Shown: positions 48,329 to 57,878 of the stretch, in pieces
How positions within the stretch are numbered: the first letter of the stretch is position 1
Layout: the number at the start of each line of letters is the position of its first letter
Assembly (NCBI GenBank): GCA_003139775.1
Contig: PLGI01000198.1
Span: 964 to 64,963 of the forward strand
Length of the DNA: 64,000 nt
DNA from: Syntrophaceae bacterium
GTDB lineage: Bacteria > Desulfobacterota > Syntrophia > Syntrophales > Smithellaceae
Direction of reading: 5' to 3'
The notes under the pieces: generated by a model
What the model saw: the letters and a program-made list of their open reading frames with translations, nothing else
Database searches by the model: none
What the model was told of the DNA's origin: nothing
Made by a program: the position numbers and the translations under genes

Positions 48329-50338
48329 ATGGCTTACAGGATGGATACTTTATGCGGGATATTCCATAATCAGGCATTGCGTTATGGAGGTCAGGTTGAG
48401 CTTCTTCGGGGCAAGTTCGATGGGGAGGGCCGCACGAGCAGCGATTGGCATTCCCGAACATGGAAAGAGACTCGTGACGAAGCTATAAATATGGCCAAGG
48501 GTTTGATTGTTTTAGGATTAAATAAAGGTGATCGAGTCGTTATCTTTTCTGAAAGCAGGCCAAGATGGATCATTGCCGATCAAGCTATCCAAGCCTGCGG
48601 TGCCGTCGGCATTCCTCTTTATCCAACTTTAACATTGGAAGAATTGGGATATATGACATCGGACAGCGGGGCCAAGATGGTCATCGTTTCTACTCAGGAA
48701 AAGGGAGAAATGACCCTCAAGGCAAAGACGCAGGGCATTCCCATAGAAACAATCATAACGATGTGTCCCTGGGAAGGCACGAAACCGGCAGGTGTTTACA
48801 CTTTTAATGAGGTCATGACTTTAGGAAAACAAAAGATAAGCGATCAGGAAGTAGAAAATAAAATAAACGCTGTCGTCCCCGAAGATGTCGCTTCCATAAT
48901 TTATACTTCCGGAACTACTGGAAAGCAAAAAGGTGCCATCCTTACCCAGAAAAACTGGGTGTCTAATCTTCATCAGGCTTCTAATTCAACACTCGTCCGT
49001 CATCAGAAAGAGTTGGGACTTCACCTGACATTCCTTGTTCATCTGCCTTTATGTCACGTATTCGGCAGGACAACCGACTACCACATAGGAGCCCTTCAAC
49101 AGGGCGGCATTCTCGTTTTTGCAGAAAGCTTCGAAAAAATACCGAAAAATATTCTGGAAGTAAGACCCAATGTTATAATAAGCATTCCCCGATTATGGGA
49201 AAAAATATACGACACCACAAAATCAATCGTCTCCCGGCAGAATAAGACCACCCAGTCAATTTTCAATTGGGCAATGAAGCTGGGTGAAAAGTATTGCAAT
49301 GCCATGGCAACGGCTACAAGAATGGGTCAAATTGATTTGCTTCAATTCGCGCTGGCCAACGTGCTTGTTTTCAATAAAATTAAAAAGACGGCCGGTCTGG
49401 ATCGCGTCGTACTCGGCGCATCGGGCGGAGGCAAGCTTTCCAAAGATGTTTGCGTATTTATCCGCGCTCTGGGTATTCAACTCAGCGAAGGTTACGGGCT
49501 TACAGAAACATCGCCGGTAATTAACTTCAACGAACCAGAATTCAGCGGCAGCTTTGATCCCAGCAAGGCTGGCTGGTTTGGCAATAAGATGATCGATTTG
49601 ACTGTGGATCTGATGATTACGAAACAGGCGCAGGGGTTGTCGCCTTATACTAGTCCTATACGTTCGTTGGGACTTTCCCTGGCTTATAATACCGTTGCTC
49701 ATAAACTGCAAATCAAGCCCGGTACCGTCGGCAAACCGGCTCTCTGGACGGAGGAAAAAATCGCCGAAGATGGTGAAATTCTTGTCAAGGGTCCTCAAGT
49801 ATTCAAAGGATACTGGAATATGCCGGAAGAGACAGCCGAGGCATTCACTGAGGATGGGTGGTTCAAGACCGGCGATATCGGTGAATTTGATAAGGACGGG
49901 TTTCTCCTGATTACTGACCGCAAGAAGGAGCTCTTTGTAACTTCGGGCGGCAAGAATATTGCACCGCACCCAATTGAACTGGCACTGACAGGTAAGCCTT
50001 ATATCGATCAGGCCTGCCTCCTCGGCGACGCGAAGAAATATATCTGCGCTCTTATCGTTCCTGATTTTTCAGAACTTCAGCGTTTTTCCAAGCACAACAA
50101 CATTCCGGCATGTTCTGATAAAGACCTTATCGTAAATGAACAGGTCAAGGAATTAATCAAAAAACAGGTAGATGAGGTCAACGAAACACTGCCTCGTTAC
50201 GAACAGATTAAGTACTATAAGATACTGGACAAAGCCTTCAGCGTCGAGACAGGTGAACTGACACCAACTTTGAAACTGAAGCGCAGAATCGTCTTTGAAA
50301 AATTCAAAGATGATATCGAAAAACTGTACAAAAACTAA
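48329..50338 (+). CDS. Long-chain-fatty-acid--CoA ligase (AMP-dependent synthetase)
   Basis: IIYTSGTTGKQKGA AMP-binding motif, GWFKTGD, ...TLKLKRR. Start placed at the Met after an AAGGATGG box; the ORF-track start 48275 is also possible. Confidence 0.85.
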   Translation: MAYRMDTLCGIFHNQALRYGGQVELLRGKFDGEGRTSSDWHSRTWKETRDEAINMAKGLIVLGLNKGDRVVIFSESRPRWIIADQAIQACGAVGIPLYPTLTLEELGYMTSDSGAKMVIVSTQEKGEMTLKAKTQGIPIETIITMCPWEGTKPAGVYTFNEVMTLGKQKISDQEVENKINAVVPEDVASIIYTSGTTGKQKGAILTQKNWVSNLHQASNSTLVRHQKELGLHLTFLVHLPLCHVFGRTTDYHIGALQQGGILVFAESFEKIPKNILEVRPNVIISIPRLWEKIYDTTKSIVSRQNKTTQSIFNWAMKLGEKYCNAMATATRMGQIDLLQFALANVLVFNKIKKTAGLDRVVLGASGGGKLSKDVCVFIRALGIQLSEGYGLTETSPVINFNEPEFSGSFDPSKAGWFGNKMIDLTVDLMITKQAQGLSPYTSPIRSLGLSLAYNTVAHKLQIKPGTVGKPALWTEEKIAEDGEILVKGPQVFKGYWNMPEETAEAFTEDGWFKTGDIGEFDKDGFLLITDRKKELFVTSGGKNIAPHPIELALTGKPYIDQACLLGDAKKYICALIVPDFSELQRFSKHNNIPACSDKDLIVNEQVKELIKKQVDEVNETLPRYEQIKYYKILDKAFSVETGELTPTLKLKRRIVFEKFKDDIEKLYKN

Positions 50339-50347
50339 AACAAATCA

Positions 50348-50388
50348 CTCCAGACCTTTCTGGTTTTAAAGATAAGAAAGGTCTGGAG
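50348..50388. terminator. Bidirectional hairpin terminator between convergent genes
   Basis: 14-bp perfect stem CTCCAGACCTTTCT / AGAAAGGTCTGGAG. Confidence 0.6.
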
Positions 50389-50404
50389 AAAATATTGTTA
50401 TTTT

Positions 50405-51205
50405 TTATTTCCCTTTGAAATCCGCCGCCCTTTTCTCCATAAAAGCGATGAAGGCTTCTTTCAGATCTATCGATGTCATTAAAAACATGTTCTTTTGTAT
50501 CGCCAGAGCCATGCCTTCATTAACGTTTGTATAGCGACTGAAGTTAAGAACCTCTTTTGTGCATTGTATGGCAAGGGGAGCATTTGCGGTTATCTGCTTC
50601 GCTAATTGCAGCGCGGCTGACATAAGAGCGTCTTTATCAGCATAAACTTCAGCGACAAGACCCATTTTCTCGGCCTTCCGCGCTGAATAGTTTCCTGCTG
50701 TATAGGCCATCTCTCTGGCAAATCCCTGGCCAATTATCAGGGGAAGCCGTTGAAGCACACCCATATCGGCAACCAATCCAATATTGGCTTCTTTGAGACA
50801 GAAAATCGCGTCTTCACTGCAGAGTCGAATATCGCAGGCGGAAATCATATCAAGCCCGGCGCCGATGCACTTGCTATGCACGGCCGCAATTACCGGTTTA
50901 GGACATTCCTCAATGGCATTGCAGCAATCAAACAATGACTGGGATTTTTTTATGGCATCGAAAGCACCTCTGGCCGAATCACTGAAATTCGAGGCGGCGT
51001 CTTTCAAGTCGAGACCGGCACAAAAAATTCTGGCGTTGCTTTGCAGAACAATTGCCCTTACGTCATCCATAGCTCCCATTTTTTTGAATACATCGGCAAT
51101 CTCCGAAGCAAACTCCAAACTCACAGCATTCAGGGCCTCCGCCCTGGCCAAAGTTACCGTCGCGATGTAATCCTTAATCTCCAATTCAATAAATTTATAT
51201 TTCAT
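50405..51205 (-). CDS. Enoyl-CoA hydratase/isomerase (crotonase) family protein
   Basis: ~266 aa; FCAGLDLKD oxyanion-hole motif. Start trimmed to MKYKFIELE after an AAGGAGA RBS. Confidence 0.85.
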   Translation of the reverse strand: MKYKFIELEIKDYIATVTLARAEALNAVSLEFASEIADVFKKMGAMDDVRAIVLQSNARIFCAGLDLKDAASNFSDSARGAFDAIKKSQSLFDCCNAIEECPKPVIAAVHSKCIGAGLDMISACDIRLCSEDAIFCLKEANIGLVADMGVLQRLPLIIGQGFAREMAYTAGNYSARKAEKMGLVAEVYADKDALMSAALQLAKQITANAPLAIQCTKEVLNFSRYTNVNEGMALAIQKNMFLMTSIDLKEAFIAFMEKRAADFKGK

Positions 51206-51256
51206 ATATTTCTCCTTCAAAAATTTTACGTTTTTTTAGTGTTTATTTAAGCATTC

Positions 51257-51907
51257 TCAGGATTTTTTGTAGAGAGAGTTTTTAGCTATATATTGACGGA
51301 CTTTATCCGGTGTAAGATATCTTATAGATTTATCGGCTTTAATCATCTCTTTCATGTGAGAAGAAGAAATGTCCAAAAAGCTTACATGACGGAAATATAT
51401 GGTGTGACCGGTCGGCCCTTTAAATCCGTCATTTTTTTCATCGTAAGTAAATCGTGCGACAAATTCTTTCGGCAGAATACAGTCCAATTTCACATTTTCA
51501 TAGCCGGGACGGGTCATTACGGCAAAATTGCACAACAGCAGAAGTCTTTCCCAATCCTTCCATGTCGTAATCGCTTGAAAAGCATCTTGCCCGACGATAA
51601 AATATAGTTCTAAATCTTCCATGTACTTGTTGAGAATATATTCCACTGTTTCCACGGAATAAGATTTCCCGGCGCGTAAATTCTCCACATCGGAAAAAGA
51701 GAAATTAACATTTTCCTCGATTGCCAGACGAATCATTTGTTCGCGATGTTTAAAGGACGTGATTTCTGCTTCCAACTTATGCGGCGGCCGGGATGAAGGG
51801 ACAAAAATAATGCGGTTCAAATTAAATATTCCCAGCATTTCTTCCGCGCCCCGCAAATGACCGAAATGAATCGGATCAAATGTTCCGCCTAAAAGTCCCC
51901 ATCTCAT
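51257..51907 (-). CDS. nadD: Nicotinate-nucleotide adenylyltransferase
   Basis: [14 protein letters not shown] (HxGH) motif. Confidence 0.92.
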   Translation of the reverse strand: MRWGLLGGTFDPIHFGHLRGAEEMLGIFNLNRIIFVPSSRPPHKLEAEITSFKHREQMIRLAIEENVNFSFSDVENLRAGKSYSVETVEYILNKYMEDLELYFIVGQDAFQAITTWKDWERLLLLCNFAVMTRPGYENVKLDCILPKEFVARFTYDEKNDGFKGPTGHTIYFRHVSFLDISSSHMKEMIKADKSIRYLTPDKVRQYIAKNSLYKKS

Positions 51908-53160
51908 GTTCGCACCTGCCCATTGCCATAAATTATAAATTTTGTTGTCGTTAATTCTTCCAGCCCCATAGGACCGAAAGCATGAAGCTTTGTCGTGGAG
52001 ATGCCGATTTCAGCACCCAGTCCCAGTTCAAAGCCATCGCTGAAACGGGTCGAAGCATTGACCAGCACGGTCGAAGAGTTGACTTCGTTCAAAAAGCGTT
52101 GAGAATTGGCATAGTCATTCGTGATTATTGATTCCGTATGTAAAGACCCGTATTTTTCAATATGAGCGATAGCTTCATCAATGTTCTCAACAACCTTTAC
52201 GGCCAGAATCAAATCGAGATATTCGGTATACCAATCCTTTTCGTTGGCTTTTTCAATGTTTTTTAAGATCAATTTTGTTTTTTCACATCCCCTTATCACG
52301 ACGCCTGCTTTTTTTAATTTTTTTGCCGCCTGCGGCAGAAATTTACCGGCAATGTCTTTATGCACAAGCATTGTTTCCATGGCATTGCATACACCCGGAC
52401 GCTGAGTTTTGGCGTTTAAACAAACATTTACGGCCATGTCCATATCAGCATGCGCGTCCACAAAAATATGGCAGACTCCTTTATAGTGCTTAAGTACCGG
52501 TATTTTGGATTGGGCGACTACGGCGCGAATCAATTCTTCTCCGCCACGGGGAATGATTAAATCAATATACTCATCCAATTGCAACATTGCCGAGACAGCT
52601 TCGCGGTCAGTCAGCGGAATAACCTGAATAGTGTTTACAGGCAGGGACGTTTTGCACAAGACTCCTTGCAGGATAGAAGCAATGGCTAAATTGGATTTGA
52701 TTGATTCGGAACCACCTCGCAAAATTACGGCGTTCCCCGCCTTGAGGCAAAGAGCGGCAGCATCAACGGTAACATTGGGACGTGATTCGTAAATGATGCC
52801 GATAACACCCAAAGGAATACGCATCCGGCCTACCAAAAGCCCGTTGGGCCTACGCCACATGGAAGTTACTTTGCCCACAGGATCAGGCAGAGCGGCCACT
52901 TCTCTTAATCCTCTGGCCATCTGTTCGATTGTATCTTGTTTCAAGGTAAGACGTTCCAGCATGGCACGGGAGATGCCTGATTTTTTAGCTATGACCACAT
53001 CTTTGGCATTTTCCGCCAGAAGAAATTTACAATTCTTCTCCAGTTCATCAGCCATCTGTAAAAGGGCGTTATTTTTTTCCGTTGTTGTAACGCGGGAAAG
53101 TTTTCGTGCCGCTAATGCCGCGTCCTGAGCAATTTGTTTTATAGATTTTTTTATATCCAC
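51904..53160 (-). CDS. proA: Gamma-glutamyl phosphate reductase
   Basis: 418 aa aldehyde-dehydrogenase fold; [22 protein letters not shown]. Confidence 0.93.
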   Translation of the reverse strand: MDIKKSIKQIAQDAALAARKLSRVTTTEKNNALLQMADELEKNCKFLLAENAKDVVIAKKSGISRAMLERLTLKQDTIEQMARGLREVAALPDPVGKVTSMWRRPNGLLVGRMRIPLGVIGIIYESRPNVTVDAAALCLKAGNAVILRGGSESIKSNLAIASILQGVLCKTSLPVNTIQVIPLTDREAVSAMLQLDEYIDLIIPRGGEELIRAVVAQSKIPVLKHYKGVCHIFVDAHADMDMAVNVCLNAKTQRPGVCNAMETMLVHKDIAGKFLPQAAKKLKKAGVVIRGCEKTKLILKNIEKANEKDWYTEYLDLILAVKVVENIDEAIAHIEKYGSLHTESIITNDYANSQRFLNEVNSSTVLVNASTRFSDGFELGLGAEIGISTTKLHAFGPMGLEELTTTKFIIYGNGQVRT

Positions 53161-53190
53161 CGCTTGTCCTTAAAATCAAAAATATTATTG

Positions 53191-53330
53191 TAATCCCAAA
53201 GCAAGTTTTGGAACCCGATTCCGTTTCAGCGAATTTCAAATCCCACGTCGCTTCACTCCTGGGATAATTCGACTAACGCTTCAAACTTCATCCCGACTCG
53301 TCGGGATTCGTTTTCAGCGAGTCTCATTAA
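53191..53330 (+). repeat. Family-1 mosaic repeat, copy G
   Basis: CCCAAAGCAAGTTTTGG ... CCCA-loop-TGGGATAATTCGAC TAACGCTTC ... TCCCGACTCGTCGGGA TTCGTTTTCAGCGAGTCTCATTAA. Confidence 0.75.
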
Positions 53331-53498
53331 TAAATTTTCTTGCATTTTCGCCAATTATTGATAAAAACTGCCCAACTGAAAACAGATAACAAAAATTTAA
53401 AGAACTTGATTGTTTTCAGCTTTTAACAATAAGTATTACTGATGTCAATCTACAAAACAAAAGTTTAAGTGTCAAGGCCTTTGCCATAATAGAAAAAA

Positions 53499-54566
53499 AT
53501 GAACCGAATACGAATTAAAGCGGGCAAAAACATTTACAAAATCATCAAAGATGGTGGATTTAATTTTGATTCTGTCTCCACTTATTTTGGACCGGCGATA
53601 GGGCCACGCTGGCTGATTGCCAGCGGCTTTGACTTAACTCTCTTGAAAGGCGGGTTTTTAGGCCGCTCGAGCGCCATGAATCTGGTTGGCTCCTCTGCGG
53701 GTGCCTTTCGCTTTGCCGCCTGGTTGCAGCCGGAGGCCGTGGAATGTTACGGCAAACTTTTGGATGCTTATATCAACGTAAGATACTCCAGAAAAGACAC
53801 ACCGGCAACAGTGCTGGAAAAAATCACCGGCGTAATTAATGAATATCTCGAAGACGACGCGCTGCCTTTTGCCCTGGCTAATAAAAAATATCGTTTGGTT
53901 GTCATTACCGCCCGGGCACGCGGTCTTGTTGCTTTTGAAAATATCTGGTTACAAAAAATTGGTCTGGTAACTTGTTATGTCTTTAATTATTTCAGCCGTA
54001 ATAATATTTATCGTTTCGTGGACAGAGTTGTATTTTATAATGGCGCCAAACCGCCATCCTTTTGTTTTCAGTCGCAGTTCCGCGGCAATTACGTGCAGAT
54101 AAATGAAGTTAATTTTAAATCCGCAGTGCTGGCTTCAGGCGCCATACCTCTTGTCATTGAAGGTGTGCGTGATATTTATGGCGCTCCGCGTGGAGTCTAT
54201 CGCGATGGCGGACTTATTGATTATCATCTTACGCATCAGTTTGCCGCTAAAGAAAATGAAATAGTGCTTTTCTTCCATCATCAGGAACGGATCATTCCGG
54301 GCTGGCTGGACAAAAATATAGTGCGCCGAGCACCGGATGCGGAAACATTAAGCAATGTTTTAATGGTTCTCCCCTCGCAAAGCTTTATCGAAAATCTTCC
54401 GGGCGGAAAAGTTCCCGACCGCACGGATTTTGTCACCTTCATTGACGACCAGGAAACAAGAATTAAAAACTGGCGCAAAGCCGTGGAGTTATCCACGCCG
54501 CTGGGCGAAGATTTTTTAGAACTGGTGGAGAGCGGCAAGATCCGCGATCTGGTTGAAAAATTATAA
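53499..54566 (+). CDS. Patatin-like phospholipase family protein
   Basis: 355 aa; GSSAGA (GxSxG nucleophile elbow) and YRDGGLIDY (catalytic Asp of the DGG motif). Confidence 0.6.
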   Translation: MNRIRIKAGKNIYKIIKDGGFNFDSVSTYFGPAIGPRWLIASGFDLTLLKGGFLGRSSAMNLVGSSAGAFRFAAWLQPEAVECYGKLLDAYINVRYSRKDTPATVLEKITGVINEYLEDDALPFALANKKYRLVVITARARGLVAFENIWLQKIGLVTCYVFNYFSRNNIYRFVDRVVFYNGAKPPSFCFQSQFRGNYVQINEVNFKSAVLASGAIPLVIEGVRDIYGAPRGVYRDGGLIDYHLTHQFAAKENEIVLFFHHQERIIPGWLDKNIVRRAPDAETLSNVLMVLPSQSFIENLPGGKVPDRTDFVTFIDDQETRIKNWRKAVELSTPLGEDFLELVESGKIRDLVEKL

Positions 54567-54582
54567 GGTTTAATACCAGGTT

Positions 54583-54685
54583 GCATTCAAAGGATAACGC
54601 GACGGCAAGGAGGAGGCTCCGCAGGCGTATTATTAATACGTTGAGGAAGCCGACGACGCAGCCAACAAAGTTAGCCAAAGAATGC
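54583..54685 (+). repeat. Family-2 interspersed element, copy H
   Basis: GCATTC...GACGGCAAGGAGGAGGCTCCGCAGGCGTATTATTAATACGTTGAGGAAGCCGACGACGCAGCCAACAAAG...GAATGC. Confidence 0.75.
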
Positions 54686-54708
54686 GACTTGGTATAAGAT
54701 GGTTTGTG

Positions 54709-55623
54709 ATGACCATTCAAGCCCTTCTCGACCTCTACAAGTCCTGCACGCTTTGTCCGCGCGCCTGCCGGGTTGACCGGACAAAAGGCGAATTGGGCTA
54801 TTGCCGTCTGCCTGCCGATATAGTCATGGATTGCGCTCTGGCCCATCACGGAGAGGAGCCGCCTCTTTCCGGAACGCGCGGAGCCGGGACAATTTTCCTT
54901 TCTTCCTGCAACCTGGGTTGCATCTATTGCCAGAATTATCAGATTTCTCACAGCGCACAGGGGCGTAATCTGACTGTATTGCAACTGGCAAAGGTCATGC
55001 TGGATCTCCAGAAAAGCGGCTGTCACAATGTTGAGCCGGTCACCCCGACGCCGCAAGCTCCTCTGGTGATAGAGGCTCTGTGCATGGCGCGCATGCAGGG
55101 ACTTACGGTGCCGTTTGTTTATAATTGCGGCGGCTATGAAAATCCTGATGTTATTCGTTTGCTAGACGGCATGGTGGATATTTATCTGCCGGATTTTAAA
55201 TACAGTTTGGAAAAAGATTCTGTGGAGTTTTCTTCCGCGCCGGGATATCCCCGTTTCGCGTTGGATTCGTTAAAAGAAATGGTGAAGCAGGTCGGCGACG
55301 GTCTGGAATTAAAAAACGGCGTAGCTCAAAAAGGAATAATTATTCGCCATTTAGTTTTACCCGGCAGGATAGAAAATTCTAAAGAAGCTTTAAGGCTGAT
55401 CAAAAAGAAAATATCCACGTCGGTTTTCTTAAGCCTCATGTCTCAATACACTCCGGTTGCCAAAGTGCGCAATCATCCAATTTTGAAACGCAGAATCACT
55501 AAGAATGAATACGAGCAAGTCACGGATTATGCTCTGAAGTTAGGTTTCGATAATATTTTTGTTCAGGAAGTCAACGACTACGAACTGACTCCGGATTTTG
55601 ACCAAGAAAATCCCTTTGATTAA
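54709..55623 (+). CDS. Radical SAM protein, PflX/pyruvate-formate-lyase-activase-like
   Basis: CNLGCIYCQN (CX3CX2C) plus an N-terminal CTLCPRAC cluster. Start moved from 54682 to Met 54709 because 54682 lies within repeat H; uncertain. Confidence 0.75.
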   Translation: MTIQALLDLYKSCTLCPRACRVDRTKGELGYCRLPADIVMDCALAHHGEEPPLSGTRGAGTIFLSSCNLGCIYCQNYQISHSAQGRNLTVLQLAKVMLDLQKSGCHNVEPVTPTPQAPLVIEALCMARMQGLTVPFVYNCGGYENPDVIRLLDGMVDIYLPDFKYSLEKDSVEFSSAPGYPRFALDSLKEMVKQVGDGLELKNGVAQKGIIIRHLVLPGRIENSKEALRLIKKKISTSVFLSLMSQYTPVAKVRNHPILKRRITKNEYEQVTDYALKLGFDNIFVQEVNDYELTPDFDQENPFD

Positions 55624-55636
55624 TTGATACCAATTC

Positions 55637-55768
55637 GCATTCATTCGTCTACCTTTGTTGGCATCGTCATCGGCTTCTAGACGTATTGTACTATACGACT
55701 GCGTCGCCTCTTCCTCGCCGCCGCGGTATACTTTTGACTGCAAATCGGTATAAATTCTGCTTGAATGG
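55637..55768 (-). repeat. Family-2 interspersed element, copy I (inverted relative to H)
   Basis: Reverse complement reads CCATTC...CGGCGGCGAGGAAGAGGCGACGCAGTCGTATAGTACAATACGTCTAGAAGCCGATGACGATGCCAACAAAGG...GAATGAATGC. Confidence 0.75.
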
Positions 55769-55834
55769 ATAACACCTAAGCTTACTTGGAGCCATGCGTA
55801 AGCGCTGATCCAATACAGCAACTTGTTGGGCTTT

Positions 55835-56149
55835 TTATTTTCTTTCTTTGGGTTCTTCGTTTGCAGAGTTGAAACGCACTAATTTATCCCAATCGATTTC
55901 ACCAGTATCTTTGCAAAATACATTGGCAAATTCTTTAGTGAATTTATTAATCATTTGCGAATAAGATTCTATAAAAACATCATTCTTTTCCTTAGCTTTA
56001 TGTCCAAGTGGTTCAATAATCTCTGTAAAAAGATCAGCGTCACCGGAAATAAACTCCCAAAAACGCTGACCACAATACTTGAAATAATCACCTTTATCCG
56101 GTTTGCTGTCCCTTCCGTAACAACAACCATTTACAGCAACGATATTCAA
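55835..56149 (-). pseudogene. Probable C-terminal remnant of a restriction endonuclease gene
   Basis: 104 aa ORF with a TTG start and no RBS, in a very AT-rich islet downstream of a truncated methyltransferase. The family assignment is only a vague recollection. Confidence 0.3.
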
Positions 56150-56215
56150 TTTTGAGTTGCTGGTTCTCAGTGTCTTTTTTTGCAGTTTTAAAGTCTGCTA
56201 CCATTTTCGAGATGA

Positions 56216-56395
56216 TTATACTTTGAGTTTTTCATTTATTGAATTAGCAATTGCATCAAACCAATTTATCTTGTCAGCTATAGAATATTTTATTTTTTCA
56301 ATTTCTTCCGGCGTTAAATTTCTTTCTATCTCTTGAAGAGCCACCGTTTGAATATCTTCTTCATTGAGTGAATAAATGATTTTGCTACTTTTCAT
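56216..56395 (-). CDS. Small hypothetical protein (59 aa)
   Basis: Below the ORF-track cutoff. Hand translation MKSSKIIYSLNEEDIQTVALQEIERNLTPEEIEKIKYSIADKINWFDAIANSINEKLKV; GGAG box 7 nt upstream; 12 nt after the HNH gene stop. Confidence 0.4.
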   Translation of the reverse strand: MKSSKIIYSLNEEDIQTVALQEIERNLTPEEIEKIKYSIADKINWFDAIANSINEKLKV

Positions 56396-56407
56396 TTTTA
56401 AACTCCA

Positions 56408-57337
56408 TTACGTGAAAAATTTATTTTCACGATGCCAACTAATTGCATTTTGATGAGGGTAAATTTCTTTTCTTTTCGGAAGAAGCATTTTCGAATTTTT
56501 ATTGGATAATGCTCTGATGAAATCATAATCGCCCATTCTGCCAAAATCAGAAGGTAAAGAATTTACTTTTAGGGAAACTTGAATTTTATAATCATCTTGC
56601 AATGTGAACCATCCAGCATCAAAAGCCCAATGATGCAGATGACATAAAGACAACCCATTAAAAATATCATCTTTTCCTTTTTCACTATTAGGAACAATAT
56701 GTGCAGCTTCAACTTCCCACAATAAAGAATCTGGAGTTTTAATTTTCATACCACAAAAAGCACACTTGTAATCATATGCTTCTATCACCGCTTGACGAAA
56801 GCCTCTTGTTCTGATTGTTGATTCTCTGGTAACCTTTGCGACTTTCTTTTCTTTATCAAATGGATTATAATTTGCAGGTCGAGGTGTTTCAATAAGTTTC
56901 TTTACAATTTTTTGAACTTCAAAGGATTTTGTTGGAAGAAATTCTTTTTGTGTTTTAGGAATATTCAAAATCTTCAATGCCTCATCAAGGCCATTTTCAG
57001 TTAGCATCCATTCTTTCTTGTTTGTCAGAAGAATTGTTGATGTTGGTCTTGAAACCAAATTTTCTTTTGCTAACGAATCAGCAGCTCGATAGAGTAAACG
57101 ATGCCAAAGTGGTGTTTTTACAATTCTATTTTCTTTACGATAAATTCTTTCTAAAACAGCAGTCCTCTGATTTTTGTTTAAAATAAATTCATCAGCTATT
57201 TCATTTACGATTTCTTCACCAGTGGCAAACTCTTTTATTACACCATTATGTTTAAACAAAGTTTTCAGCAAAGCTTCTTCAACTTTCTTTCTCGATGGCA
57301 TAGCCAAATCTTTAAGCATTTTACCTTCGTAACTCAT
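56408..57337 (-). CDS. HNH endonuclease with N-terminal winged-helix-like region (restriction-type)
   Basis: CAFCG...EAAHIVP...LCHLHHWAFDAG HNH motif. Start set at the ATG forming an ATGA overlap with the stop of the methyltransferase fragment. Confidence 0.7.
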   Translation of the reverse strand: MSYEGKMLKDLAMPSRKKVEEALLKTLFKHNGVIKEFATGEEIVNEIADEFILNKNQRTAVLERIYRKENRIVKTPLWHRLLYRAADSLAKENLVSRPTSTILLTNKKEWMLTENGLDEALKILNIPKTQKEFLPTKSFEVQKIVKKLIETPRPANYNPFDKEKKVAKVTRESTIRTRGFRQAVIEAYDYKCAFCGMKIKTPDSLLWEVEAAHIVPNSEKGKDDIFNGLSLCHLHHWAFDAGWFTLQDDYKIQVSLKVNSLPSDFGRMGDYDFIRALSNKNSKMLLPKRKEIYPHQNAISWHRENKFFT

Positions 57338-57576
57338 ATAAACACTTTTTCCTTGATATTGAGAATAAAAGTTCCCGAAGGCTTGAGTACACGTAAAAGC
57401 TGTTCTGAAATAGGCAAAAACCATTTTACGTATTGATCAGGATGAATTCCACCATAGGTATTTTTTCGTTGGTCTGCATAAGGTGGTGATGTCACTATAA
57501 GATCAACAGAATTAGCCGGAAGTTGTTTTAAAACCTCTTTGCTATCTCCATGATATATATTTGAAGTTACTTCCAT
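57334..57576 (-). pseudogene. N-terminal 80-aa fragment of a beta-class N4/N6 DNA methyltransferase
   Basis: VDLIVTSPPYADQR (motif IV, D/SPPY) present. The SAM-binding motif I and the rest of the enzyme are absent. Confidence 0.7.
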
Positions 57577-57793
57577 TTTATTCTCATTTTTTTACTTATA
57601 CTTAAATATTTCTGTTAGAAATTATTTTATATATGCTGTCTAACATTTAATATTTCAAGTTAATATTTCCCAATTTCCGTCACATTCATACTCTTTTTCA
57701 TTTAGAATAAAAAGACAAAAATATGAATGACGGGGTTGTAAGAAACTCAATGTTCAGGGGCTGTTCAAAAATGTTCAGATGCAAGGCGCGCAA

Positions 57794-57857
57794 AAACTGA
57801 ACCGCGAGGCGTATTATACATACGTTGAGCGGTGCGGTTTGCAATGCAACGCCGCAG
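57794..57857 (+). repeat. Family-2 interspersed element, copy J (core only)
   Basis: AACCGCGAGGCGTATTATACATACGTTGAGCGGTGCGGTT, same central hairpin as C, H and I. Confidence 0.6.
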
Positions 57858-57878
57858 ATGAATTTTTTTCAACAGCAC

